Below are positions 26,831 to 32,523 of a DNA stretch of 32,523 nt, one piece after another. Below the pieces are notes generated by a model. That model was not told the origin of the DNA. It was given only the letters and a program-made list of their open reading frames with translations, and searched no databases. The position numbers and the translations under genes were made by a program. The DNA lies in contig JBIIAS010000003.1 in assembly GCA_044239795.1 (NCBI GenBank), positions 1 to 32,523 of the forward strand, in the 5' to 3' direction. The stretch is from Candidatus Nanopelagicales bacterium (GTDB lineage Bacteria; Actinomycetota; Actinomycetes; S36-B12; UBA5976). Every line of letters starts with the position of its first letter. Within the stretch, counting starts at the first letter, position 1.

Positions 26831-27604
26831 CTACCAAGGTAACTCAGCACCATTCATTCCGATGCATTGGCCGCTGATGTACTCAGCATCGTCTGTGCAT
26901 AGCCAAGATACAGTTGCTGCAACATCTGCAGGTGTCCCAAACCTGCCCCAAGGCACAGTGGACAAAAACTCTTGCAAGGTCTCATCGCGAGATTTTCCAA
27001 GCTTTTTGCCCATGCCTTCAACGATGTCTTCCCACAGCGGCGTCATGATATGTCCAGGCGTGTAGCAGTTAACTCGAATCTTTGCTGGTGCTAGTTCTTG
27101 AGCGAAACTTTGGCTCATCATGATGATTGCAGCCTTGGTTGCGCAGTACTGGGAAAACATCGGTACGCCATGCCTGCCTCCACCGGATGATGCATTTACA
27201 ATTACTCCGCCCTTGTTGTCTCGGGACATGTAATCAGCCGCCACTTTAGATCCAAGTGCCACGCCAACTACATTCACATTCAGCATTTTCATCCAGCTCT
27301 CAGCCGTCGTATCTGCGAGTCCGGCTACGTTGATGATGCCAGCATTGTTGACCATGGCATCTAATCGAGATGTGTGGCGCAACAATTCTTCTACTGCATT
27401 ACGAATCATGGATTCATCACAGACATCAACTTTGCAGTAAAAAACTTGACCTGGGTATGTTTTCTCTAATTTAGAAATATCAGGTTCTTGTATGTCTGCA
27501 ATTACAACTACCGCGCCATCGTGCAGAAACCTTTCGACAATACCAAGTCCAATACCGCTGGATCCCCCAGTTACTACAACACCTTTACCGCTATGCGTTC
27601 CCAT
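26831..27604 (-). CDS. SDR oxidoreductase (acetoin/polyol dehydrogenase-like)
   Basis: TGGSSGIG, ADI, NNAG, SS.GG, YCATK, PG...TPLW. The start at 27604 has a GGAAGG/GGTGG RBS. Confidence 0.9.
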   Translation of the reverse strand: MGTHSGKGVVVTGGSSGIGLGIVERFLHDGAVVVIADIQEPDISKLEKTYPGQVFYCKVDVCDESMIRNAVEELLRHTSRLDAMVNNAGIINVAGLADTTAESWMKMLNVNVVGVALGSKVAADYMSRDNKGGVIVNASSGGGRHGVPMFSQYCATKAAIIMMSQSFAQELAPAKIRVNCYTPGHIMTPLWEDIVEGMGKKLGKSRDETLQEFLSTVPWGRFGTPADVAATVSWLCTDDAEYISGQCIGMNGAELPW

Positions 27605-28016
27605 GATCCACCTTCCAGAATGGCTTTCTATTTTTGACATTTGCTAACAAAGAAGTATCAAATTCCTCTAATGAATACCCTGCAGGCTGAGGAGGATTTA
27701 TGTTGTAACCAGTTTTTTCATTGACTCTTCGCAAAACTTCTGGCGACTCGTAGTAGGCAATGTAGACAGCATTCAATAAGATGGCAAACTCTTTAGGGAA
27801 GCTTGATTCACATTTACTAACTTCCGCCTCTGCCTGATCAACACCTATTTCAGCCAAGTTAACCGGCAAGGTATCAAGCATTTTCTCAACCAACGAGTAG
27901 TCATGTAATCGAGAAATATCTGCAATCAGGGATTCAGATGAAATTGCTTGAGCGGCACTTGGATGGCCGTCACTTGCTGGAATCAAAATCTCCAAGAGAT
28001 TTTCAATTTTCGTCAT
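27591..28016 (-). CDS. Small partner subunit of GMC dehydrogenase 2 (gluconate 2-dehydrogenase subunit 3-like), no Tat signal
   Basis: LLEILIP....HPSA and IAYYESPEV...Y...PP.P.G...PFW shared with 13388-13891; ATGA coupling with the GMC. Confidence 0.68.
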   Translation of the reverse strand: MTKIENLLEILIPASDGHPSAAQAISSESLIADISRLHDYSLVEKMLDTLPVNLAEIGVDQAEAEVSKCESSFPKEFAILLNAVYIAYYESPEVLRRVNEKTGYNINPPQPAGYSLEEFDTSLLANVKNRKPFWKVDHGNA

Positions 28017-29644
28017 AATGAACTCACCTGCTGTCGAAATGCTTCAGTTTCGTCCATGGGCGGAAGTAGTTTTCGCTCTAACATGGCATCAGCAGAGCGT
28101 AATGCGAATGCTTGAATTGTTGAAGTTGGGTTCAAGGCACCAGCAGTTACGAACACACTGCCATCTACAATCCAGAGATTATCAAAATCATGCGTCCGTC
28201 CAGTGGCGCTTACAACTGAATCCTTTGAATCATCTCCCATTCGAGCCGTGCCCAGCAGATGGAAGCCAGCTGAACCAACTAGAGGGACTGTAAGTATCTC
28301 GGTAGCTCCTGCTTCTTTGAGTACTTCGGTGTTTGTGCGAATTCCAAAGTCCAAAAGCTTTTGGGCATTTTCATCAACACGATAGGTCAGTTTTGGAATT
28401 CTCGATCCTTTGCTATCAACTTTGTCCGAAAGCGTGACTCGGTTTTCCGGATTTGGCATATCTTCAGTCGTCACTGTAATGCTGGCAGTCTTGCCGAACT
28501 GCCGATAAAAATCAGCGTGATGATTTCTACCCCACTTCACTGGTTTGGTGTATCCACCTGATGCAGTTCCAAGTGGTCCGTCGCTTCTAATTGTTTGAGC
28601 TTGATAGCCCCGGACAAATCCACGCGATGGATCAGTTTCGTAAAACTCTTGACTATAGATACTGACCGCGAATGGGCCCTTAAATCCATCAACATATTCA
28701 TCAAAGACACCAGTTACCAATGCAGTTGGATGGTGCATAAGATTTCTGCCTACTTGATCTGAACTATTTGCTAATCCAGTTGGGGAATCTGAATTAGCGC
28801 TCAAGAGAAGTAATCTTGCGGTTCCAATTCCGTTTCCAGCGAGTACAACATTATTTGCTTTCAGTGAGTGCGTTTCACCATTTCGATCTATGTACTCAAC
28901 ACCCGTAACTTTGTTTTGGTGTGATGTGATTTTTTGTACGGCTGCCTCGGTTATTAGTTCAGCGCCAGCTGCAATCGCTTCGGGCCAATAGGCAAGATCA
29001 ACGCTAGCTCTGGAGCCGCGCGGGCATCCCAGGTCACATGGGCCGCAATTGTTGCAGCCCTTGCGCACACCTTTTTGGCCATTTGTAATCGCTGCATCAA
29101 CAGGCCACCAGTGGTATCCGAGGCGTTCATAAGCCTGAGCTATTCGCTGTGCTCCAACACCGATAGGAAGAGGCGGAAATTCTCGTTCGGCGCGTGGTGG
29201 ATAAGCAGGATCACCGGCTAGTCCTGAAACGCCCATCATTTGATCATTTATTTCAAAATACTCTGCTAAATCAAAATAAGAAATTGGCCAATCGCGAGCA
29301 ACACCATCCAAAGACTTAACTCTGAAATCCGATGGCTTCATTCGAGGAAAATGCGCTCCCCAATGAATTGTGGAGCCACCCACTGCGTTGTATAGCGATG
29401 GCTGAATCGGGGTATCCGTTGCATCGATTGGGTAGTCCCAGCTATTCATTCGCACATTTGGATTTGGGTTATGGCTACGCTGCCTGGCTTGTTCCCAAGC
29501 TGGAGTTAGTGATGGCGCAGATTCAGGTGCAACCCACCCACCTTGCTCCAAACAAACAACTTTTGCACCACCTAGTGCCAGTCGCCACGAAACTGCAGCA
29601 CCTGACGCCCCGGCACCAATGACTAAGAAATCGATTTCCTTCAC
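28013..29644 (-). CDS. GMC family FAD oxidoreductase 2 with Cys-rich Fe-S motif
   Basis: GAGASG, VGGSTIHW, WPISY.DL..Y, CNNCGPCDLGCP, HLLGTARMG, NPTST; clear paralog of 13891-15477. Confidence 0.92.
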   Translation of the reverse strand: MKEIDFLVIGAGASGAAVSWRLALGGAKVVCLEQGGWVAPESAPSLTPAWEQARQRSHNPNPNVRMNSWDYPIDATDTPIQPSLYNAVGGSTIHWGAHFPRMKPSDFRVKSLDGVARDWPISYFDLAEYFEINDQMMGVSGLAGDPAYPPRAEREFPPLPIGVGAQRIAQAYERLGYHWWPVDAAITNGQKGVRKGCNNCGPCDLGCPRGSRASVDLAYWPEAIAAGAELITEAAVQKITSHQNKVTGVEYIDRNGETHSLKANNVVLAGNGIGTARLLLLSANSDSPTGLANSSDQVGRNLMHHPTALVTGVFDEYVDGFKGPFAVSIYSQEFYETDPSRGFVRGYQAQTIRSDGPLGTASGGYTKPVKWGRNHHADFYRQFGKTASITVTTEDMPNPENRVTLSDKVDSKGSRIPKLTYRVDENAQKLLDFGIRTNTEVLKEAGATEILTVPLVGSAGFHLLGTARMGDDSKDSVVSATGRTHDFDNLWIVDGSVFVTAGALNPTSTIQAFALRSADAMLERKLLPPMDETEAFRQQVSSL

Positions 29645-29651
29645 AGAGTTT

Positions 29652-29657
29652 AGGTTA
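29652..29657 (-). promoter_or_regulatory. Putative -10 box (TAACCT) of a leaderless GMC2 operon transcript
   Basis: Minus strand TAACCT-AAACTCT-GTG, no SD. Confidence 0.5.
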
Positions 29658-29659
29658 CT

Positions 29660-29676
29660 TAAAAGTCTTACCTTTT
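29660..29676 (-). promoter_or_regulatory. Putative operator site D (AAAAGGTAAGACTTTTA)
   Basis: Near-palindromic GGT-N3-AC core with A/T flanks, located in the spacer upstream of the predicted -10. Confidence 0.62.
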
Positions 29677-29717
29677 TCAGGTGAATTTGGTCTTTCGGTA
29701 ATCGTTCGAAGTAAGTG

Positions 29718-30623
29718 CTATTTCAGCGAACGCTGGCGCAAGGCATCGAAAGTTAGAACGCCAAGTGCTAACCAGATCAACATGAACCCAAGCAATCTTT
29801 CAGTTGGCATATATTCTTGAAAGACAAATAGGCCAATTACGAATTGGATGGTCGGACTTAAATACTGCAGCATGCCTAAACGAGATAACGGAATTCGAAT
29901 CGCAGCATAGCCAAAAAGTAAAAGTGGTAGAGCGGTAACTACTCCAGCGCTAATCAGCCAAAGCGAGTGCGTTAAGCCTTCGGTCAAGAACGTGCTCTGA
30001 TCGTTAACGGTAAGCCAGCCGAGGAAGACTACTGCAAATGGCGTTAGCGTTATCGTTTCGACCGTAAGGCTTTCTAATGCTTCTACATCCGCTAACTTTT
30101 TTGTATATCCATAGAGTCCAAAAGATAACCCAATTGCAAAGGCCAGTACCGGGGGGTTTCCAAGGGCAATACTCATAAAAAGTAACGCAAATGCAGCGAT
30201 TCCGATTGCAAACCATTGCAGTCTGTTCAGCTTCTCTTTGAAAAAGACCACTCCCAATAAAACATTCATTAGTGGAGTGACAAAATACCCAAGTGAAGAA
30301 TCTAAAACGTGGCTATTGATGCTTGACCAAATAAAGAAACCCCAGTTAATCGCTATCAATACCGATGCGCACGTCAACAAGAACAATGACCTTCGGTTGC
30401 GAAGTATTGAAAACAAATTACTAAACCGACGATATAGGCCTACTAACACGAGCAGCATTACTAAACTCCAAATGACACGGTGACTTAGAATTTCGACTGC
30501 ATCAGCTGGCTGCAACTTCGGCCAGTAAAGAACTACCGATCCCCAAAACAAATAGACAACTGCACCGGCTGCAGTACCTTTTGCTAATTCAGACTGGCTT
30601 CGTAAGTTACCCAAGGAGTTCAT
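29718..30623 (-). CDS. rarD: EamA family transporter RarD
   Basis: Y..WG....YW, EIL.HR.IWS, NW..FIW, SLGYF..PL..V.LG, SFG.YG..KK, LG.LQY.SP. Confidence 0.93.
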   Translation of the reverse strand: MNSLGNLRSQSELAKGTAAGAVVYLFWGSVVLYWPKLQPADAVEILSHRVIWSLVMLLVLVGLYRRFSNLFSILRNRRSLFLLTCASVLIAINWGFFIWSSINSHVLDSSLGYFVTPLMNVLLGVVFFKEKLNRLQWFAIGIAAFALLFMSIALGNPPVLAFAIGLSFGLYGYTKKLADVEALESLTVETITLTPFAVVFLGWLTVNDQSTFLTEGLTHSLWLISAGVVTALPLLLFGYAAIRIPLSRLGMLQYLSPTIQFVIGLFVFQEYMPTERLLGFMLIWLALGVLTFDALRQRSLK

Positions 30624-30668
30624 AGAAGTCTCAGACTTTCAATTTTAATTGACACTGGTAACTAGAAT

Positions 30669-31646
30669 CTAAACGGTGCGATATGCAACGTTATCGACCA
30701 GAGTCACCATTGCAGACTTTGCATCACAGTCTGGTAAGGCAGTCAATCTTTCGCGGGCCCGATCTGCCCACTGCTCTAGTACTTCACGCGCCTGATCCAT
30801 CGCTGGGTGCACCCTCAGTGCCGCTAAAGCTTCAGCGTGTTCAGCATCATCGGTGATTGCTCGACTCAATAGTTCGCGTAACCGTGGCGGAGTATCTGGA
30901 TCCGCAAGTGCAAACAAAACTGGCAAAGTACGAATACCTTCGCGTAAGTCCTTACCTGGGGTCTTGCCAGAAACTTCTGACTCAATATCCAATAAGTCGT
31001 CGCTTAACTGGAATGCGATTCCAATACTTTCACCAAAGTCAGCGATTCGATCAGTTATTTCGGGAGATACACCACTCATCATTGCGCCATATCTTCCAGC
31101 TGCTGCGATTAGAGAACCAGTCTTGTCTGCCAGGACCTCTAAGTGATGAACGATTGGATCTTCGCCACCTTGCGGACCAACGCTTTCCCGAAGTTGACCA
31201 ATTACAAGTCGTTCAAAAGTTTCGGCTTGTACCCGAACAGCTTCTGGGCCCAAATCAGCAAGAAGTTTTGAAGAACGAGCAAATAAGAAATCGCCACTGA
31301 GAATTGCAACAGTATTTCCCCAGCGACTGTTTGCAGATTCAGTGCCACGGCGGACTTCAGCCTCATCCATAACATCATCGTGATACAAAGTTGCTAAGTG
31401 GGTAAGTTCCACTACGACTGCTGACGGAACCACGCCTTCTGACTTTGGGTCACCAAAATGTGATGCTAAAAGAACTAACAACGGGCGGAATCTTTTGCCA
31501 CCCGCTTCGACTAAATGGCGCGCAGTAATGTCAGCAAGTTCATGATCACTTCTGATCTCTTCCCGAAGGCGATCTTCAATCGCGGCCAGGCCAGCAAACA
31601 TCTCATCTTCGAGTGCTGACAGCTCTTCTGGAAACAACACGCTCAC
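30669..31646 (-). CDS. All-trans polyprenyl diphosphate synthase (menaquinone side chain, HepT/GrcC-like)
   Basis: AGGKRFRP, ELTHLATLYHDDVMD...RRG, GDFL, KT, FQLSDDLLD; GAGG RBS. The position downstream of nuoN is typical for Actinobacteria. Confidence 0.94.
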   Translation of the reverse strand: MSVLFPEELSALEDEMFAGLAAIEDRLREEIRSDHELADITARHLVEAGGKRFRPLLVLLASHFGDPKSEGVVPSAVVVELTHLATLYHDDVMDEAEVRRGTESANSRWGNTVAILSGDFLFARSSKLLADLGPEAVRVQAETFERLVIGQLRESVGPQGGEDPIVHHLEVLADKTGSLIAAAGRYGAMMSGVSPEITDRIADFGESIGIAFQLSDDLLDIESEVSGKTPGKDLREGIRTLPVLFALADPDTPPRLRELLSRAITDDAEHAEALAALRVHPAMDQAREVLEQWADRARERLTALPDCDAKSAMVTLVDNVAYRTV

Positions 31647-31689
31647 AGGTCAATCCTCGCATTTTGTAAGCAAAGATGCGACTTGGGAC

Positions 31690-32523
31690 TTATCGGAGGA
31701 ACAATCCTGCATTGATTACCAAATCCAGTACTGGCTGAGGGGCGATTCCCAATAACACTGTGAAGGCAGCACTAGTTCCAATGGCCACGGTTGTGAATGC
31801 ACTTGGCACTACAACGCTTGGTCCATCAACTGGAGGCTCAGTGAAGAACATCAAGACAATTACACGGGCATAGAAGAATGCAGCAACCGCACTTGATACG
31901 ACCGCAATGATCACTAATGGAGTTGCACCGCCATCAATTGCGGCAGTAAACACTGCAAACTTTCCAGTGAATCCGCTCGTTAGTGGAATTCCTGCTAATG
32001 CCAATAGGAATAGTGCAAAAATGCTTGCCATCCAAGGAGATTTCTTGCCCAGTCCCGCCCATTGCGACAAGTGCGTTGCTTCGCCAGAAGCATCACGAAC
32101 TAATCCAACGATTGCAAAGACGCCAACTGAAGTGAAGCCATACGCGAGTAAGTAGAACAAAGTACTGGACAATCCAGCAGCACTTGTTGAAACTACTCCA
32201 AGCAAAATGAAACCGGTATGGGCAACTGATGAGAATGCCAACATGCGTTTCATGTCTGTCTGGGTAACAGCTAGCAATGAGCCAACAACCATGGTTAATC
32301 CTGCAATTACCCACATCATTGGGCGCCAATCCCAACGCATTCCACCAAAGGCTACATAGAAGACGCGAAGCAAGGCACCAAATGCCGCAACTTTAGTCGC
32401 AGCACTCATGAATGCAGTTAATGGCGTTGGTGAGCCTTGATAAACATCTGGGACCCATTGATGGAATGGAACCGCACCAACTTTGAAAAGTAAGCCGACA
32501 GCGATCATGGCTATACCAGGAAT
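31690..32523 (-). CDS. nuoN: NADH-quinone oxidoreductase subunit N (3' part; 5' end outside the window)
   Basis: FKVGAVPFH.W.PDVYQGSPTP, K.AAF, Q..KRMLA.SS..H.G, LAGIP...GF.GKF, FY.R. Confidence 0.95.
   Translation of the reverse strand: MPGIAMIAVGLLFKVGAVPFHQWVPDVYQGSPTPLTAFMSAATKVAAFGALLRVFYVAFGGMRWDWRPMMWVIAGLTMVVGSLLAVTQTDMKRMLAFSSVAHTGFILLGVVSTSAAGLSSTLFYLLAYGFTSVGVFAIVGLVRDASGEATHLSQWAGLGKKSPWMASIFALFLLALAGIPLTSGFTGKFAVFTAAIDGGATPLVIIAVVSSAVAAFFYARVIVLMFFTEPPVDGPSVVVPSAFTTVAIGTSAAFTVLLGIAPQPVLDLVINAGLFLR

Noticed and set aside
12249-29644. Vitamin B6 degradation (also uses two GMC enzymes and an SDR) or the glycoside 3-dehydrogenase/lyase system
   Set aside because: No flavin ring-cleavage oxygenase, lactonase or class II aldolase-type decarboxylase for B6; no Gfo/Idh/MocA or xylose-isomerase-like lyase genes for the glycoside system.
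30626-30638. Palindrome AAGTCTCAGACTT upstream of rarD as a fifth operator
   Set aside because: It lacks the AAAAGGT half-site shared by sites A-D. It may be chance or a different regulator's site; too weak to call.
134-32335. Many 60-150 aa alternative-frame and antisense ORFs in the ORF track (e.g. 3096-3461, 13561-14004, 17077-17532, 21026-21382, 30857-31300)
   Set aside because: They overlap well-supported genes, have no recognisable motifs and look like shadow ORFs.
1-32523. CRISPR arrays, IS elements, prophage or defence genes, long tandem repeats
   Set aside because: No regularly spaced repeats or related ORFs were seen, and nearly all sequence is explained by metabolic genes with very short gaps.

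Overview
A densely packed region of an actinobacterial genome with moderate GC (below 50% by eye), probably a streamlined aquatic lineage (inference from gene order, leaderless-type starts and tiny intergenic gaps). The housekeeping backbone is tRNA-Tyr(GTA), ndh, yajQ and a trimmed nuoB-nuoC-nuoI trio on the left, and rarD, a polyprenyl diphosphate synthase and the 3' part of nuoN on the right. Between them is a ~26 kb, 24-gene catabolic cluster (3325-29644) with no mobility genes. It encodes a FadR-type regulator, a family-5 ABC importer, three amide/cyclic-amide hydrolases (two AS amidases, one PuuE-like) and a CoA-thioester toolkit (PaaK-like ligase, class III CoA-transferase, acyl-CoA dehydrogenase, crotonase, CitE-like lyase, plus MmgE/PrpD). 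It also encodes two paralogous Fe-S/FAD GMC dehydrogenase + small-subunit modules, four SDRs, HapK/RedY-like and DUF2848 proteins and an EamA transporter. A recurring AAAAGGT-N3-A(C/G) motif in four promoter regions, plus a related element in a fifth, suggests one regulon for an N-containing substrate that I cannot identify from sequence. The most notable items are this pathway and its operator, the duplicated cytoplasmic GMC modules that differ at the flavinylation His, and a membrane-arm-free NuoB/C/I Fe-S mini-operon with its own predicted leaderless promoter. All family calls come from motif recognition only; no searches were run.
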